A stretch of 64,000 bases of DNA, taken from positions 3,224,001-3,288,000 of the forward strand of contig NC_043019.1 of NCBI RefSeq assembly GCF_006345805.1. Reading direction: 5' to 3'. The notes beneath the pieces are model-generated. The model saw only the letters and a list, made by a program, of their open reading frames with translations, made no database searches and had not been told where the DNA came from. A program made the translations under genes and the position numbers. Of the stretch, positions 14,229-27,669 are shown in pieces. Source of the stretch: Octopus sinensis. Taxonomy: Eukaryota. Each line of letters begins with the position of its first letter. Positions within the stretch are counted from its first letter, which is position 1.

Positions 14229-14605
14229 TGTGTGAGTGAGAGTCAGCGTGCACGCGTATGTGCACGTATAAAGTATGCTTCTTTAAGCAGCAAGATGTAA
14301 GACAAATATTTTCAGTGTCCAGTAACATGCATTTGGATAGCAAAAACAAATACAAACTTGATTTAGTAAAATTATCCTCGTTTCCAGCGAAACGTCTCTA
14401 TCAATGTAACGTACTTATTGTAATTTGTGTTCTTGAATCCTCAGAAGCGGCACTTTTTGTTCAACTAAAATACCTTTATAGAGGCAGTGAGTTAAAAAAA
14501 AGAAACCCGGAAACATACGTCTCTAAAGGGGTTTTTCTTGGACGAAAATCGCAGCTTATGTTTTATTGATAGAGTATACATGCATTTATGTATGTGTGTG
14601 TGTGT

Positions 14606-14656
<51 letters not shown>

Positions 14657-15058
14657 TAATCCAAACATGAAAACACAACAACGCGAGGACGTGGAACAAA
14701 TATAGTATTATTGGACGCTCAGGAATGAAGGGAAGAAGGAGCTCTTCGTCAGATACATAGGAAAAGGAAAGATCCAAAGAAGGGAAGGCGGAGGAAAAAA
14801 AATCGCCAACGGTACACACGCGGTCACATTTTGAATCATATATATATATATGTATGTATGTATGTATGTGCGTACATGTGTATGTATATATGTATGTATG
14901 TACGTACATGTGGATGTATGTATGAGAAATTATATGCCCGCGGCCACTGGAGTCTGACGAGTCGTCTATAAAGCTAAGCGCTTTATGGATGCGAAACCAT
15001 TGGTCAATCTATGACCGGACGTATATATTAACTTCATGTAAATAATTATTTATATATA

Positions 15059-15109
<51 letters not shown>

Positions 15110-15148
15110 ACGTATATGTATGTATATATATATGTATATATATATATA

Positions 15149-15191
<43 letters not shown>

Positions 15192-15646
15192 TCACACAAA
15201 CACACACACACAACATATATGCATATATGTTTATATCTTTATCTATCTATCGGTCTAGCATTTTGTATGTATGTTATTGTTCAGATTCATTTCTAGGTTT
15301 CTTACCAATAGAGAAACATCAATAGGATCTTAGTGCGCATGTATGTATGTATTTGTGCAGGAATTTGTAGTCAGTGTACGTGTTGGTCTGTATGTTTTGT
15401 TTTATGTATGTATACTCATGCCTGCCTATATGCGCATGTCTAGACATGTTTGCCTATGTACTTCTATGCTAAACTTTTGGGAAGTTTTGCATATTTTATG
15501 TATGGTATGTAGGTATGTATGCATGCTGGAATCTCTCTCTCTCTCTCTCTCCCCTCTCTCTCTATATATATATACATATATATATATTAGTGTACGTGTG
15601 TATGTGTAGGTGTAAAAATATGTATATATATATGTATACGTATATG

Positions 15647-15725
<79 letters not shown>

Positions 15726-15998
15726 GCGAAATTCTCCAGCGAAGATAAAGGAACTACTTTTGTAAACGTAAATGGGTTTTAAATCGCTACACCCACTCAG
15801 TTTCTGTGCATTGAGCACTATACATTAAACTGCGGTTTTTCCTTGACTTTTTTTTAATGTAACCATCAAACAAAACGCCAACCGCACACACATACATGCA
15901 TGCACACACACACACACACACAAACACACACGTATGTATATATGTATTTATATCTATATCTATCTATATATATGTGTATATATATATATATATATACT

Positions 15999-16031
<33 letters not shown>

Positions 16032-16079
16032 GAACCCGGAACCATGTGGTTTGTAAGCAAGCTACTTACCAGACAGCCA

Positions 16080-16113
<34 letters not shown>

Positions 16114-16162
16114 CATATATATATATACATATATATATATTCATATATATATATTCATATAT

Positions 16163-16193
<31 letters not shown>

Positions 16194-16195
16194 TC

Positions 16196-16238
<43 letters not shown>

Positions 16239-16408
16239 TACATATATATATATATATATACATATATATATACACACACACATATATATACATGTATATT
16301 ATATATATATATATATATATACATATATATATACATATAAATATATACACACACACATATATATATTATATATATATACATATATATATATATACACACA
16401 CACACACA

Positions 16409-16446
<38 letters not shown>

Positions 16447-16898
16447 AACATATCCATGTATGTATTTATATGTATATATATATATATATATGCATGTACA
16501 CACACATACACACACACACTTATGCAAAACCACCTGCGTAGAGATTTGAGAGGTATTAAGCTATAAAGATATTAAACAGATATCTATTTTGTTGTGTTTG
16601 TTTGTTTATTTGTTTACTACTCAACCTTCGGTTTAAGTAGGATCTTTTTGTCTTTTTGAAGGTTTTTTTTTTTTGTTAGCTTAGTTTGCATATTTTACTT
16701 ACATAAACCTACTTACCTACAACCCGAAGACATATTTTCTGATTTTAGCTATTCCTTCTTTTTTTGTTTTTTTGCTGGAATATTTATATGGTTGCTTGAT
16801 GAATTATTTTATGGCATATTAACGATCTATATATATTATCAGGCGAAAAAAAACAAAACAAAATAAAACAAAGCCGCAGCAAAACATCTCCATTAATA

Positions 16899-17098
16899 TC
16901 AAAGTCCATTGAACGAACCAGAGTTGGATGCGATTGTTTTGTTTGTTTGTTTTTTTCCTTGAAGAATATGGTTTCTAGGAAATACTTTTATCTCTTCATT
17001 GTTGCCTTCTACATTTTTTGATAAAAACTTTTTATTTGTTCCTTGTTCTCTCATATTATTCAACTGTCGACTGAAACGTGAAGATTTTGCTACTATGT
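16899..17098 (-). CDS. Candidate terminal coding exon of an unidentified host gene
   Basis: Acceptor ...ttgacttactag| at 17100-17099; phase 1, matching the upstream candidate exon; open frame (N)IVAKSSRFSRQLNNM...GSFNGL to TGA at 16901-16899; AATAAA on the minus strand at 16610-16605. Confidence 0.4.
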
Positions 17099-17182
17099 CT
17101 AGTAAGTCAATTTGGAGTTGAAGTAGAAACAGTAGCAGCAGCAGCATTAGTAATAGTAGCGGCATTATTGTTATTATTATTA

Positions 17183-17220
<38 letters not shown>

Positions 17221-17354
17221 TTCGGGGTCGATTAGATAAGTACCAGTTAATCACTGGGGTCGATGTAATCCATTTAATCCCCTTGCCTGTTCTTGTTTGT
17301 CCCCTCTATGTTTAGCCCCTTGTGGGTAATAAAGAAATAATAATAATAATAATA

Positions 17355-17395
<41 letters not shown>

Positions 17396-17396
<1 letters not shown>

Positions 17397-17865
17397 GAGT
17401 GAGAGAGCCGTGCATGCCATCCAAGTGACACTAGGGTAAAATATATGAATCCCAGTATACCCATCATGACTACCTGTCTGATAAGGGTACACTAGGCACA
17501 TGCATCACAACCATATGTGCGCGACATGGTGATCTCATATCAAGATAATCAGCTCGTGACCTTGCAGTTGGGGCCCAGTTAGAATTTCTTCTGGTTGAGT
17601 AGTCAATCCCACTCAAAATGTCCCTGAATAAGGATTGTTTAAAGGTGTTGAACGAACCACCCATGTTTCCAAAGGTGAATTATCCAAACCTCTAAGAACC
17701 CCTCTCAACACACAGTTATGATGCTCCCCAACTACTTCTGCACGTGATCAGAGATGCACATATCGTCAGCCACCAAGGGACATGCTCAACTGGTTAAGGT
17801 CAAACTACTGACAAGCAAATATGTGGTATTGAGCAGAATATTTGCTGTAGTCCATCTTTTATACA
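17396..17865 (-). mobile_element. E1 repeat copy
   Basis: Reverse complement of 779-1330, flanked by (ATT)n on both sides. Confidence 0.85.
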
Positions 17866-17866
17866 A

Positions 17867-17949
<83 letters not shown>

Positions 17950-18139
17950 GTGGAGGAGGAAGAGGAACGTTAGAAGCTGCGAATTGTGTACGGGCAAGAA
18001 CTCGTTGTGTTAGCACAAATGAAAGACACAACTTTGAAGTGGGATTTTCCTGGGCGAAAATCGCATCTTGTGATGTTTCAACTACACACATAATACATTA
18101 AGTAGGTTATATTTATAGGATATATATATATGTATTTAT

Positions 18140-18525
18140 GTTGGTGTGTTTAGAAGTTTGCTTTCCAACCACATTGATCCGAGTTCCATCTCAATGTGTA
18201 GCACCTCACGAAAGTATCTTCTGATATAGCCTCGCGCCGATCAAAAACTTGTGAGTGGATATGGTAGACGGAAACTAAGAGAATCCCGTTGTATATTTAT
18301 GTGTGCGTGTGTGTGTGTGTGTCTTTGTGTCTGTGTTTGTCCCTACCACCACCACCGCGGCCGCTGCCGTCGCTCGACAAACGGTGTTGGTGTGTTTACG
18401 TCCAGGTAACCGAGTGGTTCGGCCAAAAGAGAACGAACGAAGAAGTACCAGGCTGAAAAAAGTAAGAACTGGAGTCGATTCATTCGACTGAAACCCTTCA
18501 AAGTAGTGCTCCAGCATTGCCGCAG
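18140..18525 (+). mobile_element. Diverged SINE A
   Basis: Head, body and tail homologous to 7679-8045. Confidence 0.8.
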
Positions 18526-18907
18526 TCTATATGTATATGTATATCATCCAATGTTTATAATATTTACTCAATTGAAACTGTAACGGTAATGAAAGATAAT
18601 TATTTTGCCTTAATAAAAATTATTTTCAAAAATAAGGGAAAAAATTTCGAAACTGGGAATTGACTGAATAGTCATTAAGCAGAAATATTAAGCAGAATAA
18701 GGGCCTGATCTTTAGTATCAATCATGATATCTTCTGACGTGATTCTATCTTATCAAAACTCCTCAGGGAATATAGTTCACTTAAGGCTGCCAGACATCTA
18801 TTCTGATGTCTTGCAGCATTAAGATACAAATAGCAATAAATACTGATTTTGTCAAAAATTAAGATGATGAATCGGTGATAGTTTTAAAACAAATGCAATT
18901 TACTCAC

Positions 18908-19126
18908 TGCAGCCTGTAATTGAGTACGTGTTCTTCATCAGGCAGAAAGTTTTGGAAATTTTCCATTTTCCATTATCAATATTTGCGTTTGCTTTACCAG
19001 TAAAATAATTGCAAAACATTTCTGTATGTATTCGTTGTTCTGTAGTATCACTGTTTTGTGTGTATTGTGCTACGCGGAGGCGGTCAAGGTGAAACAATCT
19101 CTTTAACGTGGTGGCCTTGTTGAAGT
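18908..19126 (-). CDS. Candidate internal coding exon (219 nt, phase 1-1)
   Basis: Poly-T tract plus ttgctag| acceptor; strong |GTGAGT donor; stop-free, non-repetitive frame DFNKATTLKRLFHLDRLRVAQY...EMFCNYFTGK...WKISKTFCLMKNTYSITGC. Confidence 0.55.
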
Positions 19127-19371
19127 CTAGCAAGCCATAAAAAAAAAAAAAACTCTTTTCTCGTCGACGATAGCTTAGCTGGTTTTGGGTAAAAGAAAAT
19201 ACAGGAGAATGAGTTTCTTACGATTTTATTCAACATATTTCCCTGTCAGATTCACTCTCATATTGCAGCGGTCCTTCAGTCTGAACTAAGCCCTACAAAA
19301 GAAGTCGGAAGGTTGGGCCTCCAACCAGGCCTTTCTCGACACCCTTAAAACCAGGAAATTTTCAGCACACA

Positions 19372-19779
19372 TGTATGTGTGTGTGTGTGTGTATGTATGT
19401 AAGTATGTATGTATGCATGCATGCATGTATGTATGCGTGCATGTATGTATGTATGTATGTATGCATGCATGCATGTATGTATGTATGCATGCATGTATGT
19501 ATGTATGTGTATATGTATGCATGCATGTATGTATGTATGTATGTATGTATGTATGTATGCATGTATGTATGTATGTATGTATGCATGTAAGTATGTATGT
19601 ATGTGCATGTATGTATATATGTATGTATGTATGCATGCATGCATGTATGTATGCATGCATGCATGCATGTATGTATGTATGCATGCATGCATGTATGTAT
19701 GTATGTATGTATGTATGTGTGTATGTATGTATGTATGTATGTGTGTATGTATGTATGTATGTATGTGTGTATGTATGTA

Positions 19780-19812
<33 letters not shown>

Positions 19813-19875
19813 ATGTATGTATGTATGTATGTATGTATGTATGTATGTATGTATGTATGTATGTGTGTATGTGTT
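19372..19875. repeat. (TATG/CATG)n microsatellite
   Basis: Direct reading of the sequence. Confidence 0.95.
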
Positions 19876-20124
19876 TGCGCGAACTTGTAATTGCGCCTGT
19901 TTTGCATGCGTTTGTTTACGTGTATATGTAGTACATCTGTCGGAATATGGGTGTGTGCATATATGTGTGTATATGATCGTGTATGCGGATGGGCGTACCC
20001 TAGTTTAAATTAACCTCATTAGTGTGAAAGAAAGCCTTTTAATGATGAAAATTAATTAGAAAAGCAAAATCTTTTTAACAATGTCAGGGATGAGAATATA
20101 TCTTAGAGACGGGGTAATAGGGTA

Positions 20125-20180
20125 GAGGAAGCAGTAGCAGAAGCAGCAGCAGCACCGGCAACAGCAGCAGCAGCAGTAGT

Positions 20181-20243
<63 letters not shown>

Positions 20244-20430
20244 TGTTGTGGTAGTGGTGGTGGTGGTGGTGATAGTAGTAGTACTAGTAATGGGGTGGGG
20301 TGGGGATGTTGGTCGTCGTCGTCGTCGTGGCAGTGGCATTGGTGGTGGTGGTTGGGTGGTGTCGATTTGGGATGGTGGGGGGGTCGTGGTGGTGGTGTGG
20401 TGGTGTGGTGGTGGAGGAGGTGGTGGTGGT
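20125..20430. repeat. Mosaic trinucleotide tract (AGC/AGT/GGT/CGT)
   Basis: Direct reading of the sequence. Confidence 0.9.
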
Positions 20431-20934
20431 TTTAGTTGCGTTAGAAGGCGTGAAGGACATCCCATTGAATTTTATCACCGACAATCATCATTATAGCCAA
20501 TAATGTTTGCCAAATTTCGTACCAAACAACTGAATCGATGGAATGACGACCTTCCGGCAGAATAAAAGTTCACCATTTTGCGTCGCATCACCAACCATTA
20601 TACGTGGGAGTCAACAGGAAAGACAAAAAGGGTTCCAGTTGATCTGATCGACGGAACATCTTGCTCAAGAAATTAAGGTGCAAGTTGCTGAGCACTCCAC
20701 AGACACTCGTACCCTTTAAGTAGTTCTCGGGGAGATTAAGCGTGATACAGAATGGGACAAGGCTAAACAGCTGTGAGAAACAAACGAACTTTAGGTTAGT
20801 TAAAATAGGTTAGTGACATATTTTGACTTCTAAAGGCAACTTCACTGCGGTTACCATGCAGAAGTTTCCAGTATGGAGAGCGTCATCATTTATAAGGTTG
20901 TACACAGAATAAAATTGAGAAAAAAAAAAAAAAC

Positions 20935-21272
20935 TTACTCTTTTACTTGTTTCTGTCATTTGACTGTGGCCATGCTGGAGCACCGCCTTTAGTCGAGCAA
21001 ATCGACCCTAGGACTTATTCTTTGTAAGCCTAGTATTTATTCTATCGGTCTCTTTTGCCGAACCGCTGGGTTACGGGAACGTAAACACACCAGCATCGGT
21101 TATGAAGCGATGTTGGGGTGGCAAACACAGACACACACACACATATATATATATACGACGGGCTTCTTTCAATTTCACAACCGATGCTGGTGTGTTTACG
21201 TTCCCGTAACCTAGCGGATTGGCAAAAGAGACCGATAAAATAAGTACTAGGCTTACAAAGAATAAGTCCTAG
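20935..21272 (-). mobile_element. SINE A fragment with local fold-back duplication
   Basis: 21008-21101 and 21179-21272 are 94-bp inverted copies. Confidence 0.85.
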
Positions 21273-21282
21273 TAACTGGTAC

Positions 21283-21600
21283 TTGATTTATCGACCCCGA
21301 AAGGATGAAAGGCAAAGTCCACCTCGGCGGAATTTGAACTCCGAACATAAAAGACAGACGAAATACCTATTTCTTTACTACCTACAAGGGGCTAAACACA
21401 GAGGGGACAAACAAGCACAGATAAACGGATTAAGTCGATTACATCGACCCCAGTGCGTAACTGGCACTTATTTAATTGACCCCGAAAGGATGAAAGGTAA
21501 AATCGACCTCGGCGGAATTTGAACTCGGAACGTAACCACAGACGAAATACCACTAAGCATTTCGCCCGGCGTGCTAATGTTTCTGCCAGCTCGCCGCCTT
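21283..21600 (-). mobile_element. SINE B with tandemly duplicated 3' module
   Basis: Two modules joined at gacgaaatacctatttctttactac. Confidence 0.85.
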
Positions 21601-23159
21601 TTGCTTGGTAGATATCGACGACTAGATAAGTTTACAATTGAAATAACGACAAGGACACCAGATGGGTGGCTATAAGCCTTAAAGGTGATGGTCAATCATA
21701 TCGACAGTCCATTGAATGAAACGAAGAAAAAAAGCAATCAGCTTCGAAATAATTCCATGATGAGGATTAGAAACAGCCGAAGTATCGTTTCTAAACTATT
21801 GCTAAACAATTTTATACACTCGCTTTCTTCGCACGAAACCTGTTCAATTACCTCACAGCTCTGGCTCAAGGCCAAACATTAGTTTTCAATAGAAACTGGA
21901 ATTTTAAAATCTAATTCATTGCTTTCATATAATGATATGAAGAATTTAATTAAATCTATTTTGTAGTTTGTTCAAACAAAAAAAAAAGTTAATATTTCTT
22001 CACTACGGTAGCTAATGACCGTATAATCAAAAGCAATTTAATCAAACTTCAAAGATCGAACAACTGAAATTAGATTATATAAACACCCCATCTTCTAAAA
22101 TGAAGATAAAATATTATTGAAAAAAATTCGTTAGAATTTTAATTGGTTTGAACTTGCTTAGGTATCAGAACATCTTGCTTTAAGTTTTGACTGTTGGCAA
22201 ATTATATGTCCGTTCACAAATACCTACAGGAATTCACGCTGATTCGGTGTCGTGCCGTTTTCAGAGAAATATTAATTTAGTTAAAATTAAAAGTTGTTTT
22301 TGACAAAGAAATATTGAAATAATTACATTTTTGAAAAACCTTAAAGCATATGCATAGGAATGGCTGTGTAGTTAAGAAGTTCGCTTCGTAATCACGTGTT
22401 TGTGTCAACGTTGGAAATATAAAGTGTTCATTTTGTCGCCCGTAGCTAGCGGTTCGACAAATGAGAATTGATGAGTACTAAATTTATTGGGTCTATAAAA
22501 GCGACAAGAAGCATTCAAGCTGGTACCCGAACACAACTGAAGTACAGCGACTGAAACAAGTAAAAGAATAGAAGTTCACGAGTTAGGGATGAAGCCTTCA
22601 CTTGGTCACCCAACTTGCTAGAAATATAAGCTAAATCTTCTCAAATCACAGCCTATTATCTTCGAAAGGCGAACGGCACATCTAAAGACAGATTGATGGC
22701 GGTTAGAATTGAACTGGATCTGTCCACTTGATCACGGTTTGTCTCGGAGCAATCAATAACTACGAGTTAAAAAGCATTAACGTAGATTAATGATTTGGCG
22801 TTTGAGGCGTAAAATGATCATTTCTGTGTTCATTTGAGTAATTTGCCAATATAACATTTGGTCTCTGCAGAATTTGTTGTTTCTTTCTAAGTTTGTTTCT
22901 ATAGAAAACTGAAATTTCACACATATTTTCATCGTTTCGTGATTAAACAACGCATACAGCTAAGTAAATTCGCAATAGAAAACGAAACAATTATTTACTC
23001 AATGTTCCAACGAGTTCACGCTGTGTTAAACAACAAAACTAAAAGCGATTTCTCATTTGTAAGACCAATCTACCGAGTGTAAGTCAATACCAATAGACAC
23101 TTCGGTAAATAGACAGAAGAAACAAGAGATTCGAAAACTAATGTCAATTTCATATATCT

Positions 23160-23365
23160 AACGACTGTAAATAAGAGGCTCGGGCGTTGCTGTATGGTTG
23201 AGAAGCTTTCTTGCCGACCATGTAGTCTTTGTTTCAATCTCAGTGTACAGCACCTTGAGCAAGTGTCTTTCTTCTACCGCAGCCATGGGCAGACTAAAGC
23301 ATTGCAATTGGGTTTGGTTGAACAAAACTGAAAGAAACCTACCGTGTATGTATATACACACATAA
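23160..23365 (-). mobile_element. Diverged SINE A-like head fragment
   Basis: Homology to the SINE A head and body; orientation read from the ORF track and not certain. Confidence 0.55.
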
Positions 23366-23434
23366 TACTATCTATTTCTGTCTGTCTGTCCCCCCTCTCT
23401 CTCTCTCTCTCTCTCTTTATATATATATATATAT

Positions 23435-24660
23435 GATTTTGATTTTGATTTTTCCAGTTTCAGCTAATGAGCTGTGGCCATGCTGGGGCACCGCCATTTG
23501 GTTTGCTACACGATTTTACCTCACGGATGCTTTTTAGCAAACGCCATCTGATGCATGAGAGAGTTCGATGCAGCTGCCCTCATCTGCACCTCCTGCCGTG
23601 AAGTTGGTTCATCCGGGACACCTGACAGGAAGAGGTCCAGTCCTACTTTAAAGACATCCGCATCTACACCATGCAGGTCCCTCAGGTTCTTCGGGAGGAT
23701 ATTGAAGAGCCGTGGGCCTCTGAAGCCCAGGCTAACACAATATCTTGTCCTACATCTTGATGGCAAATTTGGAGTCCTTGGTACTACGCAGTGGCGTCCG
23801 GTTCTGGCATTTGTGTGACTCTCGATGCCAAAGTCTGGGACAAGACCTTCCAGGATCTTCCAGATATATATTATGGCATATCTTTCTCGCCTACGCTCCA
23901 GGGAATAGAGCTTTAATCTCTTGAGTCTTTCCCAGTAGCTCATATGCTGCACAGAGGCTATCTTCTTCGTGTAGCTTCGTTGGATCGCCTCAAGTTCTGT
24001 GATCAACTTGACACTGGATGGTGACCATAGCTGAGAACAATATTCAAAGTGGCTTAGGACAAGTGTCTTCCAGAGGACCATCATGGTTTCTTGTTCTATT
24101 GTTCTAAAGGTTCTAAGAATCCATCCAGCCAGCCGTCTACATTTCATTGTCAGTTTAGCAACATGTACATGAAAGGTCGCATCATCACTCATGTGAATAC
24201 CCAGGTCACGCACTGATTGTGCCTCTGGGATTGCAATCCCTCCGGGTCCAGTGTATTCATTGGGTATTGCATTCAGTTTTGCATGCTGATAGTATAAAGC
24301 TTGAAACTTTTCAGCATTGAACTGCATGCTATTCTTTTCAGCCCACTTGTATATTTCGTCCAGCTCACATTGCAGGTGCTTAGTGTCTTCAGGGTTCTGT
24401 ATTGCCTGTGAAACTTTTGTATCATCTGCATAACTTGTGATCGTGGCTCTCTGCGTGGCTGAGGGCATGTCTGAGAGGGCCATTATGAACAGTAGTGGTC
24501 CCAAAACAGTTCCCTTCGGAACACCGCTCACTATTTGCGTGTTAATGGAAGTGGCCCCCTTGGCTGCTACCACCTGACTTCTATTCTTCAGAAAGTCATG
24601 AAGCCATTCTCCCAGTTTTCCAACTATGCCAAGATCACGCAGTTTGTGACATATCATTCC
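23435..24660 (-). mobile_element. 5'-truncated CR1-group LINE (RT C-terminal half, open frame 24657-23521)
   Basis: GVPKGTVLGPLLF and YADDTKV RT motifs, then EYCSQLWSP and LKLYSLERRRER typical of CR1/L2-group LINEs; short 3' UTR ending in (aaaatc)n. Confidence 0.92.
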
Positions 24661-24662
24661 CT

Positions 24663-24860
24663 ATATACATAGGGAGAGTTTACGAAAAAAAACAAAAGAC
24701 GAAGACAGGTGGTGTACAAGATGTATTAGTATAACGCTCAGGAAGAGAAAAAGTCTTTTATGTTTCGAGCCTACGCTCTTCTAGAGAAAGGGACACAGAA
24801 AAAACAAGGAGAGAAACAAAGACAGACAAAAATGTGTGTAGTGGGTATCGATCTATCATA
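24663..24860 (-). mobile_element. PLE-terminal-repeat-like fragment (family D) with degenerate hammerhead
   Basis: Near-identical to 44260-44457; minus strand has ...GAGC-GUAG-GCUC-GAAA with a mutated core. Confidence 0.55.
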
Positions 24861-24861
24861 C

Positions 24862-24942
<81 letters not shown>

Positions 24943-24943
24943 G

Positions 24944-24977
<34 letters not shown>

Positions 24978-25444
24978 TATAACGGCGGTGCATCAGCATG
25001 GCCGGAGCTATGAATTGAAACTACAGCAAAAATTATATATATATATATATTATATATATATATATATATATATTTGCTGTAGTTTCAGTTCATAGCTGCG
25101 GCCATGCTGAGCTTCGTGTCAATTCTACTGTCTTCTTCAAGCTTCCGGGCAACATACCCATGCATAGTCTTTATTTTTTTATGTATACTGAGTACTTTCC
25201 ATCCACGTCTTCTCTGAGGCAAGAGAGCCCAGATGTTTTGGGGCTGAAGTGGATATCATCAGGAAGAGAGTGCTTCTTGAAGAGCTCACTACCAACTCGT
25301 ACAATGTTACTCAGTTCCCTTATGCACTGCATTTATATATATATTTTCGCTGCTGTTGTTTGTTTGTTTGTTTGTTTGTGTGTTGAGCGAAGCGGTCTTC
25401 GTCCCAGAGTGAGAGAAGTCCGAAACGTGGTCCTTTGCTATTCG

Positions 25445-25742
25445 TAAGACTCGCAGAAGAGAAAGCAGGTCAACCCCCGACACCGAGAGCATCGACGGAT
25501 TGATGAATGCGCATCCAGGCTCAGCAGTTGCGTAGGAAGTCGGGGACAAGAAACAGGAAGAAAGAGTGAGAGAAAGTTGTAGCGAGAGAGTACAGCTGGG
25601 ATGGCCACTACCCCCTGCCGGAGCATCGTGGAGCTTTAGGTGTTTTCGCTCAATAAACACACACAACGTCCGGTCTGGGAATCGAAACCGCGATCCTCCG
25701 ACCGCGAGTCCACTGCCCTAACCACTGGGTCATTGCGCCTCC
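25445..25742 (-). mobile_element. SINE family C
   Basis: Reverse complement of the ggaggcgcaatgacccagtggttag... head. Confidence 0.85.
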
Positions 25743-26392
25743 TGCTGCTGCTGCTGTTTAGCAGGTGCTGCCTGAGTGATACCATATGGTATTCGAAGGC
25801 CGTCTGATGTATGTGTGTATGTATGTATGTATATGTGTATGTGTGTGTATGTCTGTTTATATGTATGTGTGTGTGCATGTATGTATGTAGGAATGTACGT
25901 ATAAACGTATGTTTTGTTTAAAATTAGAAATTCGTATGTATATTGAGTAAAATACATTTATATAAATAGCTACTCTCTTCTGTTGCTGCGGTACATATTA
26001 AGATATTTATATATACACCTCATTTACAGCTATAAACCTTTTGATACCATCCTGCCCGACACCACCCTGGTTCTTATGATGCAAACTCTAAGAGATCTAA
26101 ATTAAAGCGTTCAAATATAAATTTCGCGTTAATTTATGCGCCAAACACCAGCTTAATAATGATAAATTTGTTTTACTAATTACCTCATTATTTTAAGAAT
26201 TTATTGAAACAAAGACAGTGCATTTTAACTGAAATAAAGTAACAAAAGGATTAAGAAATAAAGTCGACTTTATTGCTAAATCTTTTAACAGAAAGAAAGT
26301 TTCACATCTTGTCATCTTCGTTGTGCAATTAACCTCTCAGTAAATAAATTATACACTCCGTGTTTTATTCTATTTTCATGAATACTTACCAG

Positions 26393-27200
26393 AAGCAAGG
26401 TGGCAAGCTGGCGCAATCGTTTGAACGCCGTACAAAATGCTTAGCGGCATTTCGTCTGCTGCTATGTTCTGAGTTCAAATTGCGCCGAGGTCGACTTTGC
26501 CTTTCATCCTTTCGGGGTCGATTAAATAAGCACCAGTTACGCACTTGGGTCGATGTAATTGACTTAATCCCTTTGTCTGTCCTTGTTTGTCCTCCCTGTG
26601 TTTAGCCCCTTGCGGGTGGTAAAGAAATAGGTATTTCGTCTGCCGCTATGTTCTGAGTTCAAATTGCGCCGAGGTCGACTTTGCCTTTCATCCTTTCGGG
26701 GTCGATTAAATAAGCACCAGTTACGCACTGGGGTCGATGTAATCGACTTAATCCGTTTGTCTGTCCTTGTTTGTCCTCTCTGCGTTTAGCCCCTTGTGGG
26801 TAGTAAAGAAATAGGTATTTCGTCTGCCGCTATGTTCTGAGTTCAAATTCCGCCGAGGTTGACTTTGCCTTTCATCCATTCGGGGTCGATAAATTAAGCA
26901 CCAGTTGCGCACTTGGGTCGATGTAATCGATTTAATCCGTTTGTCTGTCCTTGTCTGTCCCCTCTATGTTTAGCCTCTTGTGGGTAGTAAAGACATAAGA
27001 ATCGTTTGAACGCCGTACAAAATGTTTAGCGGCATTTCGTCCGCTTTTACGATCTGAGTTCAAATTCTGTCGCGGTCGACTTTAATATTTCATCGTTTCA
27101 GGGTCGATAAAACAACTACCAGCTGAGCACTGGGGTCAATGTAATAGACTTATCCCTTACCCCCGATACTGCTGGCCTTGTGCCAAAATTTAAATCCAAC
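26393..27200 (+). mobile_element. SINE B with 184-bp module x3 plus a further diverged copy
   Basis: Module starts at 26447, 26631 and 26815. Confidence 0.9.
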
Positions 27201-27669
27201 ATTTAGCAGAAGCAACTGCATTCATTTACCAAATTATACTTAAGCTTTATACATCCAGTGTTGGCCGATGTGCTTTTTCTGAAGTGAATTTGGATGCATT
27301 GATTCTTTACATAGACACAATCTTCTACCTTTTATCTTTTACTTGTTTCAGTAATTAGACAGCGGTCATGCTGGAGCACCGCCTCAAAGTACCAGTTGTC
27401 AAGCAGTGCTGTGGAACAAACACAGACATACTCCTTTCAGTTTCTGTTTAAACCTCAAATATCTCAAACGTGGGGAATCGGTATAGTCGATTGGATTGAC
27501 AATGCTATTTTGTCGTCCCAGAGATAAAGAACCAAGGGCAAAGTCAGCCTCAGTACGATTTGAACACACAGTGTAAAGTAAGCAACTAAAAGTAAAGTAA
27601 ATTATTTTTGCCGTTACCCATTGATTCTGTCAAATCTGTTTCTTCTTGTTTCTAGTATTGTTTTCTTTC

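Noticed and set aside
14660-14835. Hammerhead in a PLE-like repeat fragment (ctcttcgtcag = minus-strand CUGACGA)
   Set aside because: The GAAA half is missing in this copy, so no complete motif can be drawn.
20500-20620. Minus-strand peptide IMVGDATQN as an upstream exon
   Set aside because: In-frame stop just upstream and no usable AG acceptor.
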